A DNA stretch of 64,000 bases from an uncultured Candidatus Saccharibacteria bacterium (GTDB lineage Bacteria > Patescibacteriota > Minisyncoccia > Phycocordibacterales > UBA2100): the NCBI GenBank assembly GCA_964437185.1, contig CAYTFU010000002.1, positions 41,296 to 105,295 on the forward strand, read 5' to 3'. The position numbers were made by a program, and so were the translations under genes. The notes under the pieces are model-generated. The model was not told where the DNA came from. It ran no database searches and worked only from the letters and a program-made list of their open reading frames with translations. Shown piece after piece: positions 9,811-19,981 of the stretch. The first letter of the stretch is position 1; each line of letters starts with the position of its first letter.

Positions 9811-11094
9811 CTAGATTCGCAGCAGTTTCTGCAAGGCGGCTTTGTGGAGGTGGGGGCCGATGATAGCGAGGTTAAGTGAGGAAGTTTTGAGGATGTCATT
9901 CGCGACGCGCGCTATGTCGTCGGATGTTACTTTGTCCACGCCCTTCAATATTTCATCAAGAGGGCGTATGCGACCGAGGTTTATGAGCGAAGTGGTGGCA
10001 TTTTGAGCAATTTCATCGCTCGTCTCGAGCGAGAGCGTCATGGTGCCCTTAATGTACGACTTGGCTTTGCGAAGCTCCTCCGCCGAAACTTTCCTCTTTT
10101 TGATTTTTCGGAATTCGGCGAGAATCGTTGAAATGGCTTTCTCCAGTTTGCCGTGCTCCACGCCCGCCTGAACGACGAAATACCCTGTATCGGGGTATTT
10201 GTCTGCCCACGCGTGCACGGAGTAGGCGAGGCCGCGTTTTTCACGAACTTCAAGAAAAAGTCGGCTGCTCATGCCGCCACCGAGAATCGTAGAAAGAACC
10301 GCGAGCGCGTATTCATCCTTGTGTGCGTACGGATACGCGGGCACTCCGACCATTAGTTGCGTCTGATCGGTTTTCTTCTCCTTAATCGCGATGCGTGGCG
10401 CAGTCTGTGTGCCAGAGTACGCGGCAAATGTCGGCGCTGGTGCAGGCTTTAGTTGACCGAATTCCTTCTTTATTTTCGCCAAAACCTTTGCGCTGGAAAA
10501 ATTGCCGGCGATACAGACCACCGTGTTTGCGGATACGTAATTGCGTTTCAGATAATCAGCAAAATCTTTGCGTGAAAAGGATCGAATATTTTCCTTGGGT
10601 CCGAGAATAGTCCGACCAAGCGCGTGATTACCAAAAATAAGAGCGTCGAATACGTTGTCGACCGTGCGCATCGGTATATCTTCATACATGTCGATTTCTT
10701 GGATGATTGCGCCACGCTCTTTCTTGATTTCAGCAGCAGGCAGAGTGGAATTGAGAAAAATGTCACCGATCACATCGAGCGCCGTATCGACGTATTGTCG
10801 ACTCACCTTCGCGAAATAGGCAGTGCGATCTTTGGAGGTAAATGCGTTATATACAGCGCCCACGCCATCAAGCTCTTCGCTTACAGCGCGCGCCGACGGG
10901 CGCTTCTTTGTGCCTTTAAAAAACATGTGCTCAAGAAAGTGTGCGAGGCCGTTTTCGCGCTCGTTTTCGTACCGAGAGCCGGTGCCGCTCATCACGACGA
11001 CGGTGGCGGTAGCGCTATCAGGCATCGGCGCAAGGACTACCCTGAGGCCATTTGGCAACGTGTGAAGGTCGTATTTCACCCCGTTAGAAGCCAT
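9811..11094 (-). CDS. M16 (pitrilysin/insulinase) family zinc peptidase
   Basis: inverzincin HFLEHMFFKGT (HxxEH) motif, ~430 aa. Confidence 0.85.
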   Translation of the reverse strand: MASNGVKYDLHTLPNGLRVVLAPMPDSATATVVVMSGTGSRYENERENGLAHFLEHMFFKGTKKRPSARAVSEELDGVGAVYNAFTSKDRTAYFAKVSRQYVDTALDVIGDIFLNSTLPAAEIKKERGAIIQEIDMYEDIPMRTVDNVFDALIFGNHALGRTILGPKENIRSFSRKDFADYLKRNYVSANTVVCIAGNFSSAKVLAKIKKEFGQLKPAPAPTFAAYSGTQTAPRIAIKEKKTDQTQLMVGVPAYPYAHKDEYALAVLSTILGGGMSSRLFLEVREKRGLAYSVHAWADKYPDTGYFVVQAGVEHGKLEKAISTILAEFRKIKKRKVSAEELRKAKSYIKGTMTLSLETSDEIAQNATTSLINLGRIRPLDEILKGVDKVTSDDIARVANDILKTSSLNLAIIGPHLHKAALQKLLRI

Positions 11095-11226
11095 GGCATA
11101 TTGGTCTAGTACTCATATTAAAATATTGTGAATATTAATTAGGCGGCTTCTAACGGGGTTCTTCCGGTGAGCATAGTACCTTTCGCTCTGTTGCACAAAC
11201 GGAGCGGACGCGTTACGCTCTTTTGA

Positions 11227-13152
11227 ATGACTATCAATGAAATTCGAGCAAAATATTTTGAGTACTTTAAGAAAAACGGGCACACCATCATTCCCTCAGC
11301 CTCGGTAGTTCCGCAAAATGATCCGACTACGCTCTTCACCGGTTCGGGCATGCAACCACTCGTGCCATACCTCCTTGGGGAGCCGCATCCCGAAGGTAAC
11401 AGACTTGTAAATAGTCAAAAAAGTTTTCGCGCGGAGGATATAGAGGAGGTCGGCGACAACCGCCACACGACCTTTTTTGAGATGCTCGGCAATTGGTCGC
11501 TCGGAGATTACTTTAAGAGAGAGCAGTTGCCTTTCTTTTTTACATTTCTTACGGAGGAAATTGGTCTCGATCCGCAGAAGCTTTACGTTACGGCCTTTAT
11601 TGGAGACGAAAAAAACAGCGTCCCGCGTGATACTGAATCAGCAGAAGTTTGGACAAAACTCTTTGCGGAAAAAGGCATTGATGCAAAAGTCGTCGCGATA
11701 GGATCTGAGGCAGATGGATATCGTCTCGGAATGCAGGGCGGTCGGATATTCTACTATGAAGCAAGAAAGAATTGGTGGAGCAGAGCAGGAGTGCCAGAAA
11801 ATATGCCACCTGGCGAGCCCGGCGGACCGGATTCGGAAGTATTTTACGACTTCGAGACGCCCCACGATCCCAAATTCGGCGCCGAGTGCCATCCCAATTG
11901 CGATTGCGGCCGATTCTTGGAAATTGGGAATTCGGTATTTATGCAGTACATCAAGAAGCCTGACGGCTCGTTTGCGCTTTTACCGAAACAGAATGTGGAC
12001 TTTGGCGGTGGCCTTGAACGCATCGCGGCCGCAGCGCGAGGGAATCCTGACGTATTTCAAATCGATGTCTTTGCGGACGTCATCGGAATGCTCGAACATT
12101 TCTCGAAAAAAGATTATCTCGACAGCCGCTTCACGCGATCATTCCGTATCATCGCGGATCACATGCGCGCCGCCACCATCATGCTCGAAGCCGGAGTGCG
12201 GCCATCAAATACCGAGCGCGGTTACGTTCTCCGCCGCCTGCTCCGTCGCGCAGCACAGCACGCGCTAAAACTCGGCGTTGCCCGCGGACAAGAGGGAGAC
12301 AGCATGCTGGTGCGTTGCACCGTAAATTACATAGAAAAATACAAACAGGCGTACCCGGAGTTTTCTGGAGACGACGTGTATCAAATGATTTCAGAAGAGA
12401 TCTGGAAGGAAGAGCGACAGTTTGCGCGAACACTCGAAGCGGGCATGAAAGAATTTGAGAAGGTCGCCGAGGGCGGACACATATCGGGCGCGCAAGCTTC
12501 AGTGTTATTTACCACCCACGGTTTCCCGTTTGAGATGACGACTGAATTGGCGCATGAGCGAGGGATCGATGTCGACGAAGACGGCTTCAAAAACGAAATG
12601 AAGAAACACCAAGATCTTTCGCGTGCGGGCAGTGAGCAAAAGTTTAAGGGGGGACTCGCCGATACTTCGGAGCAAACGACGCGACTCCATACAACGCACC
12701 ACATTTTGCTGAAAGCTCTACAAATCGTCCTCGGGCCATCCGTCAAGCAGCGGGGAAGCAACATTACAAAAGAGCGCCTTCGTATCGACTTCTCGCATGG
12801 CGCGAAAATGACACCCGACCAGATTAAAGACGTCGAACGTATTGTGAACGAAAACATTCAAGAGCACCTCCCCATGATCCGCTCCACTCTTCCCAAAGAG
12901 GAGGCCGAAAAACTTGGTGCTGAGCATGAATTTGGTGCTAAGTACCCCGATGTCGTATCGGTGTATTCACTTGGCCCCGTGGGAGCTACCGTGGAGGATC
13001 CGCAGTTTGATCGCGCATTTTCCATCGAGTTCTGCGGAGGACCCCATGTCTCGAACACATCTCAGATCGAAGAAGGGGGGTTATTTAAAATTTTGAAAGA
13101 GGAGGCGGTAGCATCGGGCATCCGCCGCATCAAGGCGGTTTTGATAACATAG
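11227..13152 (+). CDS. alaS: alanyl-tRNA synthetase, short form lacking C-Ala domain
   Basis: N-terminal class II core (FTGSGMQP, FFEMLGNWS), editing HxxxH and CGGPH motifs; ends right after editing domain (641 aa). Confidence 0.9.
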   Translation: MTINEIRAKYFEYFKKNGHTIIPSASVVPQNDPTTLFTGSGMQPLVPYLLGEPHPEGNRLVNSQKSFRAEDIEEVGDNRHTTFFEMLGNWSLGDYFKREQLPFFFTFLTEEIGLDPQKLYVTAFIGDEKNSVPRDTESAEVWTKLFAEKGIDAKVVAIGSEADGYRLGMQGGRIFYYEARKNWWSRAGVPENMPPGEPGGPDSEVFYDFETPHDPKFGAECHPNCDCGRFLEIGNSVFMQYIKKPDGSFALLPKQNVDFGGGLERIAAAARGNPDVFQIDVFADVIGMLEHFSKKDYLDSRFTRSFRIIADHMRAATIMLEAGVRPSNTERGYVLRRLLRRAAQHALKLGVARGQEGDSMLVRCTVNYIEKYKQAYPEFSGDDVYQMISEEIWKEERQFARTLEAGMKEFEKVAEGGHISGAQASVLFTTHGFPFEMTTELAHERGIDVDEDGFKNEMKKHQDLSRAGSEQKFKGGLADTSEQTTRLHTTHHILLKALQIVLGPSVKQRGSNITKERLRIDFSHGAKMTPDQIKDVERIVNENIQEHLPMIRSTLPKEEAEKLGAEHEFGAKYPDVVSVYSLGPVGATVEDPQFDRAFSIEFCGGPHVSNTSQIEEGGLFKILKEEAVASGIRRIKAVLIT

Positions 13153-13185
13153 CTACTCACAGACCCGCAGAAATCGCGCACCTAT

Positions 13186-14370
13186 GTGGAGCGTGTTCGC
13201 GATATACTTGAGAGCATGCGAGGCTTGTTTGGAAAGCATTCACACGATAAAACAGTGGGCGTCATCCGGCTCGATGGCGAGGCGAGCGTTGCGATTGTGC
13301 GGCAGAGAGATGAAGTCCCCTCTGAAATTCTTGCTGCCGAGCTCAGTCCCGTCACATTTGAAGAGCGCCCTCCAGAGTCGGTCGCTGCGGGGACGCCCGC
13401 TATTTCTGCGGTCTTTGAGGCGATGCATACCAAGTACGCGGCACTCGTCGCTCGCGGAATTCCACCTGTGAGTGAGGTGCAGGTAACTCTCGGCGATCCA
13501 TGGAGCACATCAAAGGTCGTCCGCGCAACCAAAAAATTTGGTAGCGACGTCATCATTACCGAAAAAATGATTGCCGACCTCGCCAAAGAACTGCTCGCCG
13601 AAAATTCGACTAAAGATCAGGATCTATTCGAGGCCAGCGTCGTAAGAACGGAGTTGAATGGGTACAACTCTGGCAAGCCGGAGAGGAAACGTGCTCGGCA
13701 ACTCTCGCTTTCAGTGCTGATGAGCACATTTCAGAGTGGTTCCCGAGCGTCAGTACAGCGAATCGTTGAAAAACTCTTTCCACATGTCATTCCGACCTTT
13801 CGATCATCTATCCGCGCCAACACGACAGTGATTCAAGAGGTGATTCCTGACTCAAAAGATTACCTTATCGTAACGATCTTAAGCGGGGCCACAGCGTTCA
13901 CCGTAGTCCGCGACGGCACAATGGGTGAATCTTCGATATCAGAGATCGGGATGGCCAGCATCGTAAAAAGAATATCCGCGAGCGGAATGCCTGAAGAGAC
14001 TCTCACAACACTCAAGATGCTTGCACGAGATCAATGTTCAGAGCCCGCATGCGATATAATCCGTGCGTCTATGGGTACGATTGAGCCCGAGCTTGTGCGT
14101 GATTATGGCGAGGCACTCGGTAAGTGCGCATTTGAGCGGCGGGTACCCAACACGCTCGTGTTGTTATCACATCCCGATATATTGCCCTGGATGGCGCGCT
14201 TTTTTGCACGCATCGACTTTGCACAATTTACTCTCACGACACAACCCTTCGATGTGCGCGGGGTCCAAATTGGAGATCTGTCGAAATTGATTTCTCGAGC
14301 CGATGGGGTAGTGGTCGATTCGCCTTTGGCGACGGCATGCGGACTTGTCAACATCGAGGCGAGTCGGTAG
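13186..14370 (+). CDS. hypothetical protein
   Basis: 394-aa ORF with good coding density; no confident family match (weak actin-fold-like VGVIRLDGEASV). Confidence 0.5.
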   Translation: MERVRDILESMRGLFGKHSHDKTVGVIRLDGEASVAIVRQRDEVPSEILAAELSPVTFEERPPESVAAGTPAISAVFEAMHTKYAALVARGIPPVSEVQVTLGDPWSTSKVVRATKKFGSDVIITEKMIADLAKELLAENSTKDQDLFEASVVRTELNGYNSGKPERKRARQLSLSVLMSTFQSGSRASVQRIVEKLFPHVIPTFRSSIRANTTVIQEVIPDSKDYLIVTILSGATAFTVVRDGTMGESSISEIGMASIVKRISASGMPEETLTTLKMLARDQCSEPACDIIRASMGTIEPELVRDYGEALGKCAFERRVPNTLVLLSHPDILPWMARFFARIDFAQFTLTTQPFDVRGVQIGDLSKLISRADGVVVDSPLATACGLVNIEASR

Positions 14371-14402
14371 GCTGGTCCTCGTTGTATACTCTCTTGTACA
14401 AT

Positions 14403-15791
14403 ATGGCCAAAGACTATTTCCAAGACATATTACCGCCTTCCGACGATTCCACGATCAGGTCTTCGGCGACTGGGCATGACGACCCGATCGCGGACACCGG
14501 TGCAGAGCAGGGGCGCAGCATTCGCGATATTCAACCGCCTGTGCGTCGTCCGGCGGCGCGCGTTACCACGATTCCGCCTCGCCCAAGTTCTCGAACTAAT
14601 GAATCGTTCGAAAACGGGGAGCCGATCCACAAAGTCTCGATGGTCAGGCACCTTACGTCGTGGTGGATATGGGTTCTTGCGGCAGTTGCCATTCTGACGA
14701 TCTCTGTTCTTCTTATTTTTGCCTACCGACCCACGACTATCACTCTCACCCCAAAGTCTCGCACCGTGACTCTCAATGAGACCGCATCCTTCACCGCGTT
14801 TCCGACTTCTGAGTCTTTCGATGGGCTTACATACACCACCCACGCTTTCGACATCGAAGATTCGGAAGTTATAGCCGCGCAGGGTACGAGGCATGTCGAA
14901 AGCAAGGCATCGGGCAGCGTGACCGTCTACAACGAGTATTCAGCAACCAGTGTCAAACTCATCAAAAACACGCGCTTCGAGACTCCCGATGGCCTCATTT
15001 TCAGGACTCCCGCAGACGTTGTCATTCCAGGCAAGTCTGGATCAACGCCTGGTCAGATCAGAATTACCGTGATTGCCGATAGTGCGGGAGAGAAATACAA
15101 TGTGGGGCCGATTTCCCGATTCACGCTTCCAGGTCTTAAATCTGGCGATATGTACTCCAAAGTCTACGCGAAATCCACCATCCCCATGAGCGGAGGAATA
15201 ATCGGTGAAGAGCCCGCAACCGCCCCAGGCGTCCTGACGTCTGCAATTTCCGCCGTTCGCGGCCGCCTCGCCGAAAAGGCGCGGGAGATGGCACTCGCGC
15301 AGTCAGGTGATTCAGGTACGACCTTTTTCCCGCAACTCGCACAAGTCACCTATCAGTCTCTTCCCAGCACCACCGAGGCAGGTTCCTCGGTTCGAATCCA
15401 TGAGCGTGCTCATGTAGAAATGCCCGCAATGCCGACCGATCAATTCGCGCATGCCATCGCGCGCGCGAGTGGCGAGGACGTCGCTCCGGGATCTATCCGA
15501 ATGCTTCCCCTCGACGGATTCACCGCGCGCATCGCGACAAGTTCTGCGATCGCGTTTGGTTCGGATGCGATTCCTTTTTCACTCGTAGGCGAAGTGCGCC
15601 TCATCTGGAACATCGACACGGCCGCTCTTTCAGCCGCAATCGCTGGCAGAGAAAGTGCTGCGTTTCAAACAGTGGTTGATGGTTTTTCCGGAATTCAGGA
15701 GGCCCGCGCGCGCATTATGCCCCCGTGGAGTAAATCGTTTCCGAGCAATGCGCTAGACATTCAGATCGTTCTGGCAGAGGTCTCTGAATGA
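14403..15791 (+). CDS. hypothetical bitopic membrane protein with Pro-rich N-terminus
   Basis: ATG at 14403, single TM (WWIWVLAAVAILTISVLLIFAY), long extracytoplasmic domain. Confidence 0.5.
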   Translation: MAKDYFQDILPPSDDSTIRSSATGHDDPIADTGAEQGRSIRDIQPPVRRPAARVTTIPPRPSSRTNESFENGEPIHKVSMVRHLTSWWIWVLAAVAILTISVLLIFAYRPTTITLTPKSRTVTLNETASFTAFPTSESFDGLTYTTHAFDIEDSEVIAAQGTRHVESKASGSVTVYNEYSATSVKLIKNTRFETPDGLIFRTPADVVIPGKSGSTPGQIRITVIADSAGEKYNVGPISRFTLPGLKSGDMYSKVYAKSTIPMSGGIIGEEPATAPGVLTSAISAVRGRLAEKAREMALAQSGDSGTTFFPQLAQVTYQSLPSTTEAGSSVRIHERAHVEMPAMPTDQFAHAIARASGEDVAPGSIRMLPLDGFTARIATSSAIAFGSDAIPFSLVGEVRLIWNIDTAALSAAIAGRESAAFQTVVDGFSGIQEARARIMPPWSKSFPSNALDIQIVLAEVSE

Positions 15792-15864
15792 CGCCACACA
15801 ACCCGATCACCCTCTGCCATGCACGCTTTCATTCTTCCGCATTCCCAGTTCGTCACCCAGTGAT

Positions 15865-15893
15865 TTGACTGATTATTGTTAAGCTGCTATATT
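15865..15893 (+). promoter_or_regulatory. sigma70-like promoter TTGACT-17-TATATT driving infA/ribosomal operon
   Basis: consensus -35 and -10 hexamers with 17-nt spacer, 16 nt upstream of infA ATG. Confidence 0.6.
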
Positions 15894-15909
15894 TCTGAGC
15901 GCAGATCAT

Positions 15910-16116
15910 ATGTCAGAACCAGTGGTAGTAGGAGGAGTCGTCGATGAGGCGCTCCCCAATACGCTGTTTCGAATAAAGCTCGAAGACGGCGCAAATGTAC
16001 TCGCGTACCTTGCCGGCAAGATGCGACTGCATAGAATTAAAGTACTTGTTGGTGATCGTGTGGAGGTTCGCTTGGATCCATATGGAGGACGAGCGCGCAT
16101 CACAAGGCGCCTATAA
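15910..16116 (+). CDS. infA: translation initiation factor IF-1
   Basis: 68 aa S1-like, LFRIKLEDG...RIKVLVGDRVEV. Confidence 0.95.
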   Translation: MSEPVVVGGVVDEALPNTLFRIKLEDGANVLAYLAGKMRLHRIKVLVGDRVEVRLDPYGGRARITRRL

Positions 16117-16134
16117 AATGTTTGAGATGTTTTC

Positions 16135-16248
16135 ATGAAAATTAAGTCATCCGTTAAAAAAATCTGTCCTCACTGCGAATCGGTGAAGCGAAAGGGTCGC
16201 TTGTGGGTCATCTGCAAGAATCCTCGCCATAAGCAGCGACAAGGATAA
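16135..16248 (+). CDS. rpmJ: 50S ribosomal protein L36 (not in ORF track, 37 aa)
   Basis: [37 protein letters not shown] translated by hand; zinc-ribbon CxxC...C...H. Confidence 0.9.
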   Translation: MKIKSSVKKICPHCESVKRKGRLWVICKNPRHKQRQG

Positions 16249-16258
16249 TCACATACTC

Positions 16259-16639
16259 ATGCGCATTGCCGGAATTACAATACCAGAAGAGAAAAGGCTC
16301 GAGATCGGGCTTACCGCGATTTACGGTGTCGGCCGCGCGCGCGCTCAGAGCACCCTTGCCGCTCTTTCTTTAGACTTCGGTATCAGACCAAAAGATCTGA
16401 CCGATAAGCAGGAGGGAGCGCTTCGAGATGCCATCGAGAAGTTCCAGCTGGAAGGGGAGTTGCGCCGCGATATCAGCAGCAACATTCGTCGCCTCAAAGA
16501 CATCAAGTCATACCGAGGCAGCCGCCACGCAAAGCACCTGCCAGCCCGCGGCCAGCGATCCAAGACCAACTCTCGGACAGTTCGCGGGAATGTGCGTAAA
16601 ACCATGACGAGCGGCAGACGTAAGTTGGAGAAGACATGA
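16259..16639 (+). CDS. rpsM: 30S ribosomal protein S13
   Basis: MRIAGITIPEEKRLEIGLTAIYGVG. Confidence 0.95.
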   Translation: MRIAGITIPEEKRLEIGLTAIYGVGRARAQSTLAALSLDFGIRPKDLTDKQEGALRDAIEKFQLEGELRRDISSNIRRLKDIKSYRGSRHAKHLPARGQRSKTNSRTVRGNVRKTMTSGRRKLEKT

Positions 16640-16653
16640 TGTAAATAATTTAT

Positions 16654-17088
16654 ATGGGAAAAAAACGAATCATACGAAAAAGCGGGGGCTCCGTAGACCA
16701 GGGACTGAAGTCACGTTCGCTTGCGCGCGTGGCCAAGAAAAACATCGTCGTTGGAACGCTGCATATTAATGCGACCTACAACAACACGAAGGTAATGCTC
16801 ACCGACCGCAACGGCAATGCTGTTGCGTGGTCGTCCTCTGGATCACTGGGATTTGCCGGCGCTAAAAAGGGCACGCCGTTTGCCGCTGCCAAAGTAGGGG
16901 AACTCGTCGGTGACAAAGCTGCGATTATTGGAATAAAAGAGGTGGATGTCATAATCCGCGGCGTAGGAGCTGGACGCGAGTCTGCGCTTCGAGGCTTTGC
17001 GGGAAAGGGCATCGAGGTGGTGCGCATTGCAGACGACACTCCCGTGCCTCACAATGGCCCCCGACCGCCTAAGCCGCGCCGAATATAA
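16654..17088 (+). CDS. rpsK: 30S ribosomal protein S11
   Basis: GTLHINATYNNTKVMLTD...GAKKGTPFAA. Confidence 0.95.
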   Translation: MGKKRIIRKSGGSVDQGLKSRSLARVAKKNIVVGTLHINATYNNTKVMLTDRNGNAVAWSSSGSLGFAGAKKGTPFAAAKVGELVGDKAAIIGIKEVDVIIRGVGAGRESALRGFAGKGIEVVRIADDTPVPHNGPRPPKPRRI

Positions 17089-17090
17089 TT

Positions 17091-17705
17091 ATGTTGCTCA
17101 TCAAATCAAAGTACAAAATTGCGAAGCGGCTGGGGGCAGCGATATTTGAAAAAACGCAATCTCAGAAATTCGCACTTTCGGAAGCTCGATCGCCTCGCAA
17201 GACTCGCGGGGGACGCGGCGGAGGAAGTGACTACGGCAGACAATTGTTGGAGAAGCAGCGTGTTCGCTACACCTACGGCCTATCGGAAAAGCAACTCTCG
17301 CGGTATGCGCAGGCCGCGTTTGCCGAGCCGGATCCTTCAAAGAGCCTTCATACGCTACTCGAAATGCGCGCTGATTCGGTGGTGTACCGCGCCGGATTTG
17401 CACCCACTCGACGCGCCGCTCGGCAAATGGTATCGCACGGCCACGTCACGGTGAATGGTCGGAGAACTACCGTTCCGTCTCACCAGGTCCGAAAGGGAGA
17501 TGTGATCGGGGTGCGCGAAGGAAGCCGTGGAAGCGCCCTTTTCACCGTTCTTGCAGAGAAGAATTCTGAATCGCGACCCAACGTGCCCTCGTGGATCAAC
17601 GTTTCGGTTGAGAAACTCACCGCCGAGGTATCGGGCGTGCCGAGCTACAATGCCGTAGAAGCAGGCCTTGATTACGCAACAGTATTTGAGTTTTACAGCA
17701 GGTAG
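17091..17705 (+). CDS. rpsD: 30S ribosomal protein S4
   Basis: KYKIAKRLG..., S4 domain RQMVSHGHVTVNGRR. Confidence 0.95.
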   Translation: MLLIKSKYKIAKRLGAAIFEKTQSQKFALSEARSPRKTRGGRGGGSDYGRQLLEKQRVRYTYGLSEKQLSRYAQAAFAEPDPSKSLHTLLEMRADSVVYRAGFAPTRRAARQMVSHGHVTVNGRRTTVPSHQVRKGDVIGVREGSRGSALFTVLAEKNSESRPNVPSWINVSVEKLTAEVSGVPSYNAVEAGLDYATVFEFYSR

Positions 17706-17754
17706 TGTATAATTGCGAACGATTTTTACTAGAACTTGACGAATTTTTAATTCT

Positions 17755-18732
17755 ATGTCCGATTACCACATCGCCCTCCCCAGCAAGCCACGAGTCGTAA
17801 GTGAATCAGAGAGAAATGGTATCTACGAGGTCGATGGCCTCTACCCAGGGTACGGATTCACACTCGGAAATTCGCTTCGTCGCATCATACTTTCGTCCCT
17901 CCCGGGCGCAGCAGTGACGCACGTCAAGATTCCAGGTGTATCTCATGAGTTTTCCACGATCGAAGGCGTGAAGGAGGATGTGGTTACGATTCTGCTCAAT
18001 ATTCGAAAAATACGATTTAAGATTCTGACGGACGAGCCTCAGAACATTACGCTCTCTATCAAGGGCCCGAAGGCGGTGACCGCCGCAGATCTCAAACTCC
18101 CCGGCCAGATAGAAGTCCTCAATCCTGATCAGCACATTGCCGATGTTACGGGCAAGGCCTCGTTTGAACTCGAGCTTCGTGCAGAGCGCGGGCTTGGCTA
18201 CATTCCTAAGGAGGCTCACCAAAAGGAGCGCGTAGAAATCGGCACCATCGCGCTTGATGCAATCTTTTCTCCGATTCGACGAGTGAACTACGAAGTGGAA
18301 AACATGCGCGTCGGTGACCGCACGGACTTCAACAGACTTCGCATTGTCATCGAGACCGACGGAACGCTCGCGCCGCGAACCGCTTTTGAAAACGCCATTG
18401 AAACTATGATTCACCAGCTTCGAGCCATTGTAGGCTTCAAGGAGGAAGAGATATCGGACACCCCATCGTCTGTTGAAATCGGCCGATCGTCGAGCAGAGA
18501 AGACCGTTCTGCGCCCGTGGATTCGGAGCAACTCAAGACTCGTATCACCGAACTCAACCTGCCTCAGCGCGTGGAAATGGCGCTCGATAACGCGTCTATC
18601 CGGACGGTCGGCGGCCTTGTGCGCAAGCGCGAAGACGACCTTCTCAGCATCGAGGGTCTCGGTCAGAAAGGACTTCAAGACATCAAGCGCGCGCTCTCAA
18701 ATATGGGTCTCACGCTTCGCACGGATAAGTAA
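17755..18732 (+). CDS. rpoA: DNA-directed RNA polymerase subunit alpha
   Basis: GYGFTLGNSLRRILLSS N-terminal domain and C-terminal CTD. Confidence 0.95.
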   Translation: MSDYHIALPSKPRVVSESERNGIYEVDGLYPGYGFTLGNSLRRIILSSLPGAAVTHVKIPGVSHEFSTIEGVKEDVVTILLNIRKIRFKILTDEPQNITLSIKGPKAVTAADLKLPGQIEVLNPDQHIADVTGKASFELELRAERGLGYIPKEAHQKERVEIGTIALDAIFSPIRRVNYEVENMRVGDRTDFNRLRIVIETDGTLAPRTAFENAIETMIHQLRAIVGFKEEEISDTPSSVEIGRSSSREDRSAPVDSEQLKTRITELNLPQRVEMALDNASIRTVGGLVRKREDDLLSIEGLGQKGLQDIKRALSNMGLTLRTDK

Positions 18733-18743
18733 ACGCTTTTGGT

Positions 18744-19097
18744 ATGCAGCATCACAATAAAAACAGAAAGCTGGGCCGAGAAAAGGGACAGCGCACGGCG
18801 CTTCTCAGAAGCCTCGCGCGATCCCTCGTGCTGCAAGAGGGCATTACGACAACCGTAGCGAAAGCGAAGGAGCTTCGGCCGTTCGTTGAGCGATTGGTGA
18901 CAGCGAGCAAGAATAATTCACTTGCTTCTCGTCGTACCATATCGAGTACGATGGGTGGCGCAGCGGATGTCGTGAAGAAGCTGCACAGCGATCTCGCCGT
19001 TCGGTATGCAGAGCGGGCGGGCGGATACACTCGGATCACACTCTTGGGCAAAGTCGGCAAGCGTGCGGTGGATTCGGCGCGAATTGAACTCGTCTAA
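18744..19097 (+). CDS. rplQ: 50S ribosomal protein L17
   Basis: MQHHNKNRKLGREKGQRTALLRSLA. Confidence 0.95.
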   Translation: MQHHNKNRKLGREKGQRTALLRSLARSLVLQEGITTTVAKAKELRPFVERLVTASKNNSLASRRTISSTMGGAADVVKKLHSDLAVRYAERAGGYTRITLLGKVGKRAVDSARIELV

Positions 19098-19104
19098 TAA
19101 TAGT

Positions 19105-19458
19105 ATGGAGAAGCGAACACACACGATCGATGCAGCAGGCCGTACACTTGGCCGCATTGCCTCTGAAGCAGCGAAGGCGCTGATGGGTAAAATGTCTCCC
19201 GACTACACGCCGCACATTGACTCCGATATTAAGGTAACGATTACCAACGCGTCAAAAATGTATGTTCGAGACCGAAAGAGTCTTGCAACCATCTATACTA
19301 CCTACTCCGGTTTTCCTGGCGGACAGAAGCGTGAAAGCATGTCGTCGCTCGCAAAGCGCAAGGGCAGGGGGGAGGTAATTCGCCGCGCCGTCAGCCGAAT
19401 GTTGCCACGCAATACCATGCATACAGCTCGTTTGAAGAATTTATCGATTAGCGAATAG
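19105..19458 (+). CDS. rplM: 50S ribosomal protein L13
   Basis: ATG at 19105 (MEKRTHTIDAAGRTLGRIASEAAKAL); ORF-track start 19006 is an upstream in-frame extension overlapping rplQ. Confidence 0.85.
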   Translation: MEKRTHTIDAAGRTLGRIASEAAKALMGKMSPDYTPHIDSDIKVTITNASKMYVRDRKSLATIYTTYSGFPGGQKRESMSSLAKRKGRGEVIRRAVSRMLPRNTMHTARLKNLSISE

Positions 19459-19501
19459 TTCGACGTGCTCACTATAAATAACTCAATAACCCTACATTTT
19501 T

Positions 19502-19897
19502 ATGGCAAAGGATAAGGAATACCGAGAGGCAGTTGGCCGACGAAAGACGGCCACAGCGCGCGTGCGAGTTGTACCCGCAAAGAGCGCTTCCATGATCGTC
19601 AACGGAAAAGATGCGGCATCGTATTTTCCGCTCGACATAATGGTAAAGACTGCGTATGCGCCGATGAAACTCTTGGGCGCTACCTATGCCGTGTCTGCGC
19701 ACGTGCGGGGCGGAGGCTTGAAAGCGCAAGCTGAGGCGGTGCGACACGGTTTGTCGCGCGTCATGAGCGAGATTGTACCTGAACAGCGCAAAGACCTGAA
19801 GATTAAGGGTTTTTTAAAGCGCGATCCGCGGGCAAAGGAGCGCAAGAAGTTTGGCTTGAAGGCGGCACGACGTGCCCCGCAGTGGTCGAAGCGCTAG
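19502..19897 (+). CDS. rpsI: 30S ribosomal protein S9
   Basis: RRKTATARVRVVP...ends PQWSKR. Confidence 0.95.
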   Translation: MAKDKEYREAVGRRKTATARVRVVPAKSASMIVNGKDAASYFPLDIMVKTAYAPMKLLGATYAVSAHVRGGGLKAQAEAVRHGLSRVMSEIVPEQRKDLKIKGFLKRDPRAKERKKFGLKAARRAPQWSKR

Positions 19898-19923
19898 CTT
19901 CGAGCCTGCGTGAGGAGGGGGTC

Positions 19924-19943
19924 GGGGAACCCGCCGGTTCCCC
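19924..19943 (+). repeat. perfect hairpin GGGGAACC-CGCC-GGTTCCCC
   Basis: 8-bp stem read directly; first of two related hairpins between rpsI and its duplicated 3' end. Confidence 0.7.
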
Positions 19944-19957
19944 GTGAAGGAAGAAGT

Positions 19958-19977
19958 GGGAAAACCGTGGGTTTCCC
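19958..19977 (+). repeat. hairpin GGGAAA-ACCGTGGG-TTTCCC
   Basis: 6-bp stem; similar sequence family to previous hairpin. Confidence 0.6.
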
Positions 19978-19981
19978 AGAA

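Noticed and set aside
15375-15395. tRNA T-loop-like GGTTCGAATCC string
   Set aside because: Lies inside the coding frame of the 14403..15791 ORF and has no complementary acceptor or T-stem flanks; not a tRNA.
17806-18678. 290-aa minus-strand ORF antisense to rpoA (and similar long antisense ORFs inside dnaK, dnaJ, leuS, atpA, ctpA)
   Set aside because: Fully overlapped by strongly supported genes on the opposite strand; products have no recognisable similarity and are typical high-GC antisense artefacts.
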